This document shows positions 20,729 through 33,655 of a stretch of 64,000 nt of DNA, piece by piece. The DNA is from Cyanidioschyzon merolae. Its lineage: Eukaryota. The DNA lies in assembly GCA_000091205.1 (NCBI GenBank), contig AP006500.2. One strand, written 5' to 3'. Under the pieces are notes generated by a model. The model was not told the DNA's origin. It worked only from the letters and a program-made list of their open reading frames with translations, and made no database searches. Position numbers and translations under genes: made by a program. Within the stretch, counting starts at the first letter, position 1. The number at the start of each line of letters is the position of its first letter.

Positions 20729-23700
20729 GAATGAATGCAATCGCCCCTAAACCAGTATCAGGTTCAGAACTGGAACGCCGAACTGTTCGCTCTGTTGCTT
20801 CCTTGCAGTGCATTCCGAAATTTTGCTTGGACGTACAGACTCGACATTCGATGGGCAGCAATGGGAGCCTTTGGGCGCACACACAGTTTTAGGATTCTTC
20901 GTCGTCATTTCCGAGTGGCACCTTCGACGCTTTGCTGCTGCCATTGGTTGCACGTGACCTTTACCAAGGTGACTCGCCACGTTATTCACCAAGAATTCGT
21001 CATATAACCCGTATCACTATCCAGTTCAATCGCACAAATTTCGACACTTCTCCTTTCGAAAAGTTGGGTATGCTCCAATCAAATACTCCTGAACCTTTAG
21101 GTGTCTATCTTACAGAGCAGCTCGTGGGCGCTGCCATTCGCACCGCTGGATTGATGGGGAAAAACACCCGAACGTCTTCCTTTTGACGCCTTGTGCACAT
21201 GTACATGCTGAAAGTTCACCGAAATTCTCATATTAGATACTTGATTCGTTTCGAAGGCCAAATTATTTTTTGCGGCAAGTAACGAAGCTGCATTCGGCAG
21301 CAACATGATATCTCTCACGGGATATGCTCCCAGAGGCTCCCGTCTATTTTGTTTGCAGGTAAAAGGGTCTTGGATTCAGAACTGATTCATCGCTGTGAAT
21401 GCTTCCAGCGGAGCATGCTTTATCGCTTGGCATGGAGCAGACGTCGAGGGATCGAAATTACGCAAGCGAACCTTCACCCTGGACTCCCTTCCGTTTCCTG
21501 GTTCATCGTGGGCAACATCACATTCCGGGGATTCTATCGAATGAAATGTTGTCCGCTTGTGTTTGCAGCGAACAGAGTACTCGCTGACGGGGTCGCCCCG
21601 AAGGAGCCCATAGCTGTAGGTTACGGTAGCGAGCGCGCAATCGGGTAAGAGAGTCTGTGAAAGCCCTCTGCATCCGTCCAGGGCATCTACGGGGCGATGA
21701 GGCAACCATTACGCGCCACAGGACGGCCCTAGGAGGAGGTCATTTGGTTTGCATATGGGAAGATTCGACCTCAACCATACGTGACCGCTGCAGAGGGCGC
21801 ACAGCAGCTGGATAAAATGAAACTGAAAGTGGCACGCGAAGGGTACACTCCAACTACCGCCTGTGCATGAAATGCGGCACTAGGAGCCGGAAGCTGCGAA
21901 ACTGAGACTTGAAGGCGCCAATCAGCCTCCTTTGACTGTTGAGAACAGGGCTGGGGCGAACGGAGAGACCGGCGTATTGAAAGCGGGAGATACGAGAGAG
22001 TAAATGAAGCAGTCGCTAAACAAACGCGCAAAGCTTGTTGTTGATGTCAGTGGAACGAGAACCGAACTTGAGCGTGGATGCCCCTGTTAGATGACCTCTC
22101 CTGTTTAGTTATACCGCGATGCCAAACAAAGACACGCCGAAACTTTGGTGACGAGAAATCCCGTAAGAAGACTGCGAATGTTTTGATGGAGTATTGGTAC
22201 GATGGCACATACTAATGTCTCTCGGGGACGCCATTGGATCCAAACTTTGGGGATCCTAGGCTCATCTAAGACGCCACTATCAGAGTAGGTCGTGCGGAAC
22301 GTGGTCGCGGTGCAAAGTACGAGCGCCATACGGCATGTACTCTGGGGAGCGTAGAGCGACGCGGTTCGAGCTCATGGACACGAGGGGTCTTCGAGATGAT
22401 TGTGCCATCATGTCATCTAACAAGATCCACAGTATATGCAGATTTGCGGATCATTACGCTTTCTGCTGGAATCCTGCGGCATTTCAGACCGCATACGGGT
22501 ATTCATATCCGTGAACAAGCTGCAAAGTCGATGAAAGTGGTTGCCGCAATGGGACTCCCAGCTCATAGACGCTCCTCGATCCGAGAGAAATGCCCATATA
22601 TCTCGTAGTTCGATACCCGATTGGCTGTTGGCGCAAATACGAGGTTGCTCACGTACCGTCTAGCGTTCGATCGTGCGTCCTCATGAGGATTTTATGCTGG
22701 GAAAGCCAGCACAAGCACCGCTCAGGCGAACCAGCCTGAGTTGGGCGCTCTATCCTCCGTCATTTTCATTTCTATTCAATTTGAGTGGATTCGCGGAGGC
22801 CTGCCAACAGACCTCTCAAGCTGCAAGCGGGCACGTTACACGTTGTGCGCCTCCACCACTGAGTCTCTCGGACACAGGCACTGTTGCGTTATTCAGGTAT
22901 GTGGGCATCGATACAAGCTTCGCAATACAGCGGCATGGACGTGCAACTGCGCCAAACGACGGCGCGGTAGCATTCCGCAAGCCCTGTTCAGCAGAGCGAC
23001 CAGCGCTAGGCTGTTCGCGCATGAGACCTGGCGCTTTCCTAAACCCCGAGACCTTCATGAACGTCATCCGTGGACAAGACGAGGTGCGCATCAATCGAAT
23101 AAATGTCGAGCCAGACGTATCCTGCGCCCGCAAAAACTGGATACACGGGCATCAATGCCTGGAAGGCTCCATGTGCGAGACTCCCGCTATTTGACGTCCG
23201 GTATCTCCGCTACCTCCGATTCTACGACGAATGCTGCGCGGTCAGTCTACAGGAAGTTTTTAACTCGGGCCCCGGATCCGATATAGACTGGACGCGAACC
23301 ATGTCAAATGCCTCGCCTGGAAAATGCCTGAGTGTCACCTTCGTCAAGTACCACGGACCGAGCGAGGCGCGTTTGCAAATGGTGAACTGGTTGCGAGTCC
23401 TTAACAGCTCCACCGATGACTAGCTAATCTGTCAACACTGGATACGCCTCAACCGCGCTCTTCGTTCCGAATTCTGATGAGCTTCGGCATACGTCAAGGC
23501 GATCAGGCAAAGCGTCTTCATCGGCTAAGGAACTGTACTCCAGAGCGGGGGCTCGCAATCGCTCGTTGCCCAACAGTCCAGCACGCGAACCTCAGAGGAT
23601 CAGCATTCCATGTAGAATTCAGAATGCTGGAGGCGGCGCGTAGATGAAGACTAGGCTAGATATAAGCACTCACATCCACAAACAGATGGAAACGTTTGCG

Positions 23701-23760
23701 CTGTGCAGAATACGATAGCATCGAACGCACAGAGAACAGTCGTGCAGTGCTCGTAGACGC

Positions 23761-25038
23761 TCAGTCTTCGATTCGTGCTTTCCGATCCATCCATTCCTCG
23801 AGCTTCTCTCTCGGACTTTGACGATTTTCTAGGACGTCGATGACGCCTAACAGAATCGGAAACTTCAACGCTCGTCTCATGGGGTTCAAGTGCGGAAACT
23901 GCCTTTCAATGAGACTCGCAACTGCCTTTGCCGTCGGCACGCCTTCAGCGACCTGACTCGAAGTCTCTAAAATATGAGCAAGGGTTTCACCCTGACCCAG
24001 GCGGTAGCCAACCGTTCTGTTCCGACTGCTCGTGCCGAAGCAGGTCATAAACGTATCGCCTACGCCACTGAGGCCGGCCACAGTCACCGGACGAGCACCA
24101 AAACTCCGCGCAAGGCGCCGCATCTCCGAGCAGCCGCGAGTCACCAGCGCAGCTGTCGCGTTCATACCGAGACCAAGTCCCTCGCAGATGCCGGCAGCAA
24201 GGGCGATAACGTTCTTCACAGCGCCACAAATTTCAACGCCAACAACGTCGCTCGAGCGAAATACTTTCAGTGCTGGTGAGCTAATAGCGGCTGCAATACT
24301 CGCACATGCAGCAGCGTCATGCGAGGCCAGGACGACGGCTGCCGGAAGATCGGCCAACATCTCATGGGCGAAAGAGGGTCCCGAGAGAAACATGCATGGC
24401 ACCGGACGCTCTTTACCGAATACGTCGTCGAAAATCTCGTACATAAAGTTGCCTGTGCTAACCTCAATACCCTTGCTTGTGGACAGAATCGGTGTTCCGG
24501 GCGCCAAATTCGGGCGAACGCTCTCCACGAGAAAAGCTCTGCTCGCTTGGACCGGCACAGCATGAACACATAACCAGCAGCCTTTCAGAGCATCTTCGGG
24601 GTCCGTGGTCGCTCGAACAAGCTTTGGAAACCGGAAGCCTGGAACTAACGCAGTGTAGCGAGGGTTTGTGCGCTCCTTGTTGATCGTCTCTGCGACCTCC
24701 GCTCGACGAACAAGCAGCACAACCTGGTGACCATTGTTAGCCAAGGCAAACGCCATAGCGCTCCCAAAAGAGCCGCCGCCACAGATCGCTACGTGTCGAG
24801 CTTCCTCTTGGCTCTGCCCAGACAATCGTGCGTGCGTAGGTGGAACCTTCCGCCTCACAGACCGCCGCCCATAACTGGGGTCAGCAGAAGGGCGTCGCCA
24901 CAGCGTCACAGAAAAGGCGGTTTCCGTTCGAGCGGATCCTGCGCCCTCGAAGCCCCTAGCCAATGAGATGGCACAAGTGAACGCACTCGAAACAGACCTC
25001 GTGCTCTGTAGCCGCGGCACAGTTTGCTCAGGCTGCAT
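23761..25038 (-). CDS. NAD-dependent glycerol-3-phosphate dehydrogenase (GPD1/GpsA family) with a ~80-aa N-terminal extension
   Basis: The NAD-binding segment begins VAICGGGSFGSAMAFALANNGHQVVLLVR and continues ...GKERPVPCMFLSGPSFAHEM, ...KNVIALAAGICEGLGLG and ...TCFGTSSRNRTVG (C-terminal domain). The ORF is a single uninterrupted frame. Confidence 0.85.
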   Translation of the reverse strand: MQPEQTVPRLQSTRSVSSAFTCAISLARGFEGAGSARTETAFSVTLWRRPSADPSYGRRSVRRKVPPTHARLSGQSQEEARHVAICGGGSFGSAMAFALANNGHQVVLLVRRAEVAETINKERTNPRYTALVPGFRFPKLVRATTDPEDALKGCWLCVHAVPVQASRAFLVESVRPNLAPGTPILSTSKGIEVSTGNFMYEIFDDVFGKERPVPCMFLSGPSFAHEMLADLPAAVVLASHDAAACASIAAAISSPALKVFRSSDVVGVEICGAVKNVIALAAGICEGLGLGMNATAALVTRGCSEMRRLARSFGARPVTVAGLSGVGDTFMTCFGTSSRNRTVGYRLGQGETLAHILETSSQVAEGVPTAKAVASLIERQFPHLNPMRRALKFPILLGVIDVLENRQSPREKLEEWMDRKARIED

Positions 25039-26581
25039 GAGCTACTATCCTGCATCGGAACGAAGGACGCTCACCCGCGGTAGTGTCGCGCTTCTGATCC
25101 GCGCAGGCGCGTAAGCCGGCAGGAGTCGTTGCTGCATCGAGTTTTTTTCGATGACAGAGCGTTTCCATTGACCATGAATCCCCAATAGCGGGATGGGTAC
25201 TACGATTCATGTAATTCTCCATCATGACGCAACCTATCTCCAAGTTCCATTACCCATATTTCCTCTCAGGTATACTGGTCTTTTCCTTTGTTCTATCGTA
25301 TGCCAAGTGCCTGCAGTGAGCACCCACCGCAGCGCCTAAACCGCTTGTGCGGATGCTACACGGAGACAGAGTAGCTTTGTCATACCACTGAGGGCGTCGG
25401 CTCGAGGAATGCTACACCTGACACGGGATCAGGGCTACTTATCATTCTGGGAGTCTGGAAGCTGCGCAGGCAGGCGTACTGCCTGCGGCAGCGCAGAGCG
25501 ATATTCTTCGAGGACACCACGACCAGCGCGACGCCCAGACGCAGCATACCGCTCTGAGTCCCAGAATAAACTGCATTGCGGACGAGTTGCTCAGATCTCT
25601 CTGCATGACCAGGCTCCGAGAGGTCTATGAAGCACGAGCCTGGGAGAATCGTCCGACTCGCGGGACATTCCGCCCAGAAGGTAAACTTTCGTCAATATGG
25701 AAATCTTTGCTCCCCATGAATTTTTATCATTGACAGGGAAGGCAATTGTTATCTCGCTGCCAGTCAGTAGTGAGTCTCTGCTCTTCGTTCTATAGAGTAC
25801 AGTCGATAGGCGCACCCAGGAGATCTGCCAGGCACGAGGTACGACGTGGATATCGCCATTGAAGAGAAACGCGATCCTGATCATTAGCATGTTGTATACC
25901 GTACAAGGTGTATTTGCGTTGAAGTCGTAGCAACGTTTAGTCTTCAGTTCAGTTGTGTTCCAACCCCAAAGCAAGTATATACGAGCGATTTTTCGTGGTT
26001 TATAGCAGAAGCGTTCAAAGTGTGTTCTTTTTCGAAAATAAAAAAGGAAAGTTCTGGACGAAGAAGTGGAGGATCCTGGAGGCACGGTGTCGCCAGGTGG
26101 CGAAAAGAACGAAAAATAGTGCCGAGCAAAGATGAACAGGAGAAGAAGAAGAAGAAGCGAGAGCCAGACCTCAACGGCTGCAAGAAAGGCGACAGCATGA
26201 CGAGATGATAGTGAACGCCTGCCTTCTTGGATGTATCAAGGATCCGTACGAGCAGAAGATGCGAGAGACCACCAGAAGCCGTGTCGATTCCTACTCCAGG
26301 AGCGTGCGTAACACTTCTTTTTGGACTGAAGCATACGGTGAAGGAGATATACGATGACCTTACCGACACGAAAACAGTCGAGGTTCCGGAAGCGTTTTTT
26401 TTAACAAGACCCTCAGCCGCCACTTGATGCTTGGCACAGGGGGACGTCGAGGGAAAATGAGCGCATGTGCGTCCTCCATGAAAAATACCCCTACTAGGGT
26501 CTCAAAGGTACTCGTTACAGGGGTGACTCGCGTATTTTCGAATACAGGGCAAAAAAGTATCTCACGAACCTGAACAACCAT

Positions 26582-28095
26582 ATGATCATGAAGCTCGAAC
26601 GTTTCATGACACGCTCCATCGTTGCGCGCTACCCGGGCCTCTCTCGCAAAGGGATACGGGCCATCATCAATGGCGTCAGGAACGATAGTAAGAATGAACA
26701 GGAGATCGAATTCCTCGACGAGAAGACATCACACAGGAGAACGAATGAAGCTTCTGCAATCCGTACGGCAATTCAAGAGCACCGTCCGGTCTCGGAGCTG
26801 GTCAATCCAGCAGGAAATGTATCAGGTATGGAAAAAGAAAAGCAAAGATGTTATCCCCTAATCCTGCGCTATTTCGTGTGTTTGGACCGCGAACTCGATC
26901 CCAAGGCCAATATGGAGCTGGGTGTGGAACAAAATGTAGAGTCAGAGAAACGGAAGGGTATCCTAACGGGTAAGCGCTTTAGCGTTGTTGCGTTATGCAT
27001 CACCAAGTTCCATTTTGTAACAATCGACTCCAGAGTCCTCAACGGCATCATGAAGGAGGTCTGTCTGGAGTTCGATGTAAGGAAGATAGAGTTCACCAGT
27101 GAAAACCGGGAGACGTACTGGAAGAATATCTTCAATTTCAAACGTCTCAATACGTGCAAGCAAAAGGTATTCACTGGCATCATCGAAACCGATGGAGTAG
27201 CCATGTGTGTACACTCTCGGCGCTTGAAGGCAGATCGTCCAGTTCCGTCCTCGACTGCGCCCGTGGCGAAGCATGAAGAAAACAAGGAGGCTGGCCTTAC
27301 AACGCAGGAGGTACAGGAGAACGATTTTGTTGTTGGCACGGACCCTGGGAACACGAATATCGTAACCATCGCAGTACCCAAGCGTGCGGAAGATGATATC
27401 GACGGCAACTTACGTCAGAAGGACATCCGTCTTTGAAAGCTCACGACAGCTACATCTTACCGAGAATCAGGAAAACTGAATGCAAGGAAAAGAAATGAGA
27501 CGTGGAATGCAGGAGTGAAAGAGCACAAGGCAGCGATCAGCCAGGTGACGAGCCGAGGAGCGGACTTTGAAGCTTTTCGAGAGTTCATGAAAGTCCGCGC
27601 TGCTCTTGACGAGCCGCTGTCGAAAGAATCTACAAAGCCCCGGTGGGCTCGTCTGCTTAGAATCTTGTACTTTGGGAAGCAGCACGCATTTGCCAACTTC
27701 TTCAATGAGTTGAGCGCTCTCAAAGAGGACAAAATTCAGAGACTCGTGGTGGTATACGGAGCAGGGCATTGGATGACACGGAAAGGTAGCACACCAGCTC
27801 CATCGACACGAGCGTATAAGGAGTGCACACTGTGCTTCGTCATGATGTCGATAGATGGGTTCCGAACGTCGTATACATCCACCATGAGCTAGGGTGTGTA
27901 CTTGAGAGTGTCGAGATGGAAAAGTGCCAGCAGAGCACTGAGGATGTAGCAAACTACGGAGCGCTGACAGAGCACCTAACGGCATGGAGGGTGCGAGTTC
28001 GAGGTCTACTTCCGTTGGTGAGTACAACCAATGCCAAGAAACATATGAAATTCGTGAACCGAGACTTCAATGCCGCCAACAGTATAAGCAGATAG
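26582..28095 (+). pseudogene. TnpB/Fanzor-like nuclease ORF, copy A. It is disrupted by an in-frame TGA at 27434, a frameshift near 27865 and a TAG at 28094.
   Basis: ORFs 26582..27436 and 27515..27892 are in the same frame, separated by one TGA. ORF 27823..28095 continues in a different frame. Copy B reads through all of these positions. Confidence 0.55.
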
Positions 28096-28410
28096 GCGGT
28101 GCTGGAGAAGAGGCCCCCAGAGTTGACCAGAGCCAACTTTCTGGGGCAACCTCTGCAGATGGCGCTGTACGAGAAGAAGCTGAAGCCAGTAGTAAATGGC
28201 CGGTCCAAAAACCCTGGGAGAATTCTGCACGCTGGCGTATATACATCAACGCTATCGGCTTGATGTGTGTGCGTTCGTTTGCTCGTTTTGCTGGCGGGAT
28301 TGATGGCGTCGATCCCGAGTCCAGATGGAGAGCTGGCGGGAATGCTGCTGCGCTCTTTTCGCTGCAGTGCGTTGCGAGGCATTCTGTAACGAGAGGCAGG
28401 TTTCCAGGGG
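28096..28410 (+). ncRNA. Candidate omegaRNA scaffold region of Fanzor-like copy A (conserved 3' tail shared with copies B and C)
   Basis: ~300 nt downstream of the RuvC-III motif align by eye between A (28096-28410), C (36140-36425) and the reverse complement of B (34262-34370), e.g. ccagagttg..gagccaacttt..ggggcaacctct..tacgagaagaag.tgaa.ccagtagt. In TnpB/Fanzor systems the guide-RNA scaffold occupies exactly this position. Confidence 0.25.
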
Positions 28411-28804
28411 CAGCACAGAGCAGCAACACAGGATACGTTCAAAGGCGTGCTTGGCGTGCTTCCGAGCGGCACCTTCGGGGGTTTATTTCGGAGCTTCGCC
28501 TTCGAGCGCTCTCCATAAGCGAAATACCAACGGTTTCAGTGATGGGCGGGCAACGATGCGTACAGGTGAGAAACGCTCCAGATGCCACGACCACCGCGCG
28601 ATCGTTGCGCCAGGAAACGACATAATTTTGAGAAGAAGCATATACAGGCCCAATCCTAATGATAAGCGATTTCATGTAGTCGACGCATCGAATATATGTA
28701 GCCGCTAGGCACCGACGCATCCTCGTTGACATGCGGAGCGCAGCGTTCTCCTGTCCAATGCCCAGTCATGCCCCGTACAGGTATTCATTTCTTGACCGCA
28801 TCAT

Positions 28805-29563
28805 TCATTCCTCAGCGGACGCCGATGACGCCGGTCGAGAGCGAGGCCGAAAGCGCAGCGGTGCAGCGCTACGCTTTCGGCGACTCGAGCCCGAGGTGGC
28901 TTTCACGATGTTCGCGTCGGCGGCCGTGCAGATAAGACGCAAACGATCAGCGTAAACGTAGGCCTCGGTAGTCGCGTCTCCAGCGGAGCGTGCATGACTG
29001 GTCACAGCGGGAACAGCGCGTCCGTCCAGGCAGTCCGGCCGAGGCGGTAAATGGGAAGCAAGTCGCGGGCCCTCGAGTTTCAGGCTCCCGCTCGCGGGAA
29101 CTGCCGGTTCAACGCGTATACTGGCATCCGTGGCGCCACCTAGGTCACTGGTCCGTGGCAGTCGCTCCACAGCAGCGTAGGTTTCCGGTTTGCGCTCGAG
29201 TCGAAGCAGTGCATGTCGGACGAGAAAAGTCCACACGTTATCTCGCAAGTTGTAGTGTGCGAGGCGTCCCCTGAGCACGGAACGCTGGCGGACTTTCCGT
29301 CGTAGATAGCGAGCAACTGCTTGGTCAAACTGGGTCCACACCAAAGCAGCCTCTGACTCCTGCAAGTGTCCCGCGCTCAATAACTCGTCGAGGGTGTCCT
29401 CAAGAGTCAGGCCAATTGTTGAGGCCCGGTAGTGAGCGTAAAACACCCCCGGCTGGTTAGCGGCGGTGTTTGCATCTTGTTTCCCTCCCCGAATGCTTTC
29501 CGTTGTAGCTTGGCCCGCATCTGGCTCTGCTTTTGCAGTACGCTGCGGTGTTGCGTCGCTCAT
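28805..29563 (-). CDS. Transcription initiation factor IIA small (gamma) subunit, with N- and C-terminal low-complexity extensions
   Basis: YRASTIGLTLEDTLDELLSAGHLQESEAALVWTQFDQAVARYLRRKVRQRSVLRGRLAHYNLRDNVWTFLV aligns closely with human TFIIA-gamma [71 protein letters not shown] (recalled sequence). Confidence 0.7.
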   Translation of the reverse strand: MSDATPQRTAKAEPDAGQATTESIRGGKQDANTAANQPGVFYAHYRASTIGLTLEDTLDELLSAGHLQESEAALVWTQFDQAVARYLRRKVRQRSVLRGRLAHYNLRDNVWTFLVRHALLRLERKPETYAAVERLPRTSDLGGATDASIRVEPAVPASGSLKLEGPRLASHLPPRPDCLDGRAVPAVTSHARSAGDATTEAYVYADRLRLICTAADANIVKATSGSSRRKRSAAPLRFRPRSRPASSASAEE

Positions 29564-31089
29564 CGCACGACCAGGATATTCCCCTACGGAGCACGCCTCG
29601 GCTGGCGGCTTAGGTACTGATCTTCACCGTACTGTACGTCCTACCTCAAGAGTTATCGCTCCTATTTTGTTTCACCTTGATCCAAGTAGGTTAGCAGTTT
29701 AAAGACTGGTTGCTGCCCAGCCGGTCCAGCAAGGCGCTCACGAGACGCAAACACGGAACGTTTCGCGCTCGCGCGGCGTTTGCAACGCCGGATACACGCG
29801 CTAGCCAGGGCGATCCATGACTACTCCCACCTCTATCACTTCTCCTACATCAATAACTACTTTCTGGGGTCCTAGAACGGAACGGAATGGTGGTCCCTTC
29901 CCTGGATGCCGATGATCATCACGCAATGGGCACTTCCACCCCAGTCTCATCGATCCAACACTATTCAAGTAAGTTATTGCGATCGTCCCGTGCCTTCGGC
30001 ACCGTCGTGAAGCTGCCGACGATCGCAGCACCACGGGACTCGGTTTATGCCGGCGATCAGGCTCCGCTGCAGTTCATGGACCGGCTGCGCTGCTGCATCA
30101 TGTGCATCGCTCAGTCTAGTTAAAAGCGTAAGCAAGCTCGACCAAAAATCGTTTGATCTCTGTGTATCCCCGATGAGGCTTTTGATGCTGGATGCGGGGT
30201 GACCTATCGTCTCCCGGTCCACGAGGAAAGACTCGGCATCCTGGCACGGCATATTGGCAACGACACCGGCTCCCGTGGCGTATTGCGAGCATCGGGTGCA
30301 TTCCAGAGAACCCGGCCATCGTGCTGCCTGCACCAAGCTGCTAACACTGAAGGGCCAGCATATGATCCTCCTCTTTCCTGTACGCGATGCACAGGGCACT
30401 CTGGGTGCCCAGGCCTATATGGGGCGCTTGCCATGACGCTGGGCGTGTCGCCGCCAATGCCGCACGAAGACAAGATGCATGCACGACGTGTTCTATGCTG
30501 TGCGACTGAAGCGTCTGCCCAGGTTTCGACGAATGCGGAATCGGTGATGGCAATCAGGGAAGAGCACACAACTCCGCTTCGAATCTTGCACCGTACTATC
30601 AGCACAAGGTCAGTAGTTCCGATGGGTATGTGGGTGCGTTTCAGAGACTCTCCGAGTACCAACTCTATTACGTCGATTTGCGCTACCACTACGGGCGTCA
30701 GTTCGATGTGCGTGAGTATCATTCGATGGGTGCGCTGGCGTCGACATAATCGCGCCCGTATCCGGCGCAGCTCGTGCACGACTCCATAGCGCTTTCTTAG
30801 CGCTTTTGTGGCGATACGTTCGGGCAGCAAGGATTCACTCATCAAAGCGGTGCGTTTGCCACAGACTTGGGTGAGCGTTCGGAGCTGCGAGCTCGTGCTG
30901 TCAGCGTGCTATTCCCCGATGCATCCAGTAGTATAGACGCCGTCCTCTCGAAGAAAAGCCAAAAAGCGATCAGCAACCATCCAGCAGACTTTCTCTTCAT
31001 GGAGTCTGTCTCTTTCCCGCTCATGGACGCCCCAAGTACGCAATCGACTCAGCAAATTTGCACCATCAAAAGTCGCCTCTGAAGCGCTT

Positions 31090-31140
31090 TTCGTGTCCTC
31101 ACGCACGCACGCACGCACGCACGCATGCATGCATGCGTGT
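31090..31140. repeat. (CACG)n/(CATG)n microsatellite
   Basis: The run cacgcacgcacgcacgcacgcacgcatgcatgcatgcgtgtg is read directly. Confidence 0.85.
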
Positions 31141-31265
31141 GTTCCAGTGCCGCAACCGCATCGCAACGCCAGCAATGAACGCGCAGGTACAGCAATGTCC
31201 AGAATCGATCCGTGTCGCCGCTCCGTGGCCCGACTGAAGATGCCGGCGGCGAGTGCCGGCATCAT

Positions 31266-31392
31266 CAATGCCCGACGAAGCAGCAGCAGCAGCGGCGGCG
31301 GTGGCGGCATCGATAGCGCGCCCGACAGCTGCGCACCGCTGCCGCCGAGCGCAGAATCGAAGGATTGCCGCCGCCGCCGCCGCCGCCGCCGT
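31266..31392. repeat. GC-rich trinucleotide repeats (CAG)n(CGG)n ... (GCC)n in the 5' region of the helicase gene
   Basis: The runs agcagcagcagcagcggcggcggtggcggc and gccgccgccgccgccgccgccg are read directly. Confidence 0.8.
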
Positions 31393-31687
31393 CAAATCCA
31401 GCGCCTACGAACCTGTAGCTACTGTTCTTATAGTTGTTTTCGGGGTATCCCTCACATACAGAACAAACTCGCAGGGTTTCGCAGGGCCCTATAGATACTG
31501 TGGTGCAGATCAACAAACCTTGCGCTTACGAACCTTGAGAACCGACGGAAATTACTACGAACGAACGCAGAGACGTACAGCGTACCACGACTTGATCAGC
31601 GACGGTACCAACCTGTATACACTCCAGCGCTCTCTTTTGAGCGTGCAAGTCGTGCACACGCAAACTTCATCGGGCACCGATCCCTAA

Positions 31688-33655
<1,968 letters not shown>

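Larger units (their letters stand above)
26582..28410 (+). mobile_element. TnpB/Fanzor-like RuvC nuclease element, copy A. This is the most complete copy: a ~230-aa N-terminal WED/REC-like region plus the RuvC core and ~315 nt of conserved 3' sequence.
   Basis: Motifs present: Ruv[16 protein letters not shown]; a degenerate zinc-ribbon region KECTLC...FRTSYT..HHELGC..EMEKC; RuvC-III FVNRDFNAANSI. The 3' boundary is approximate, set where similarity to copies B and C fades. Confidence 0.55.

Noticed and set aside
20735-23760. ~3 kb lower-GC intergenic stretch with several 60-180-aa ORFs (e.g. 22673..23194, 22741..23286)
   Set aside because: No domain or repeat similarity to anything else in the window could be seen. 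It is probably degraded non-coding sequence or old TE remnants, and nothing specific can be claimed without a database search.
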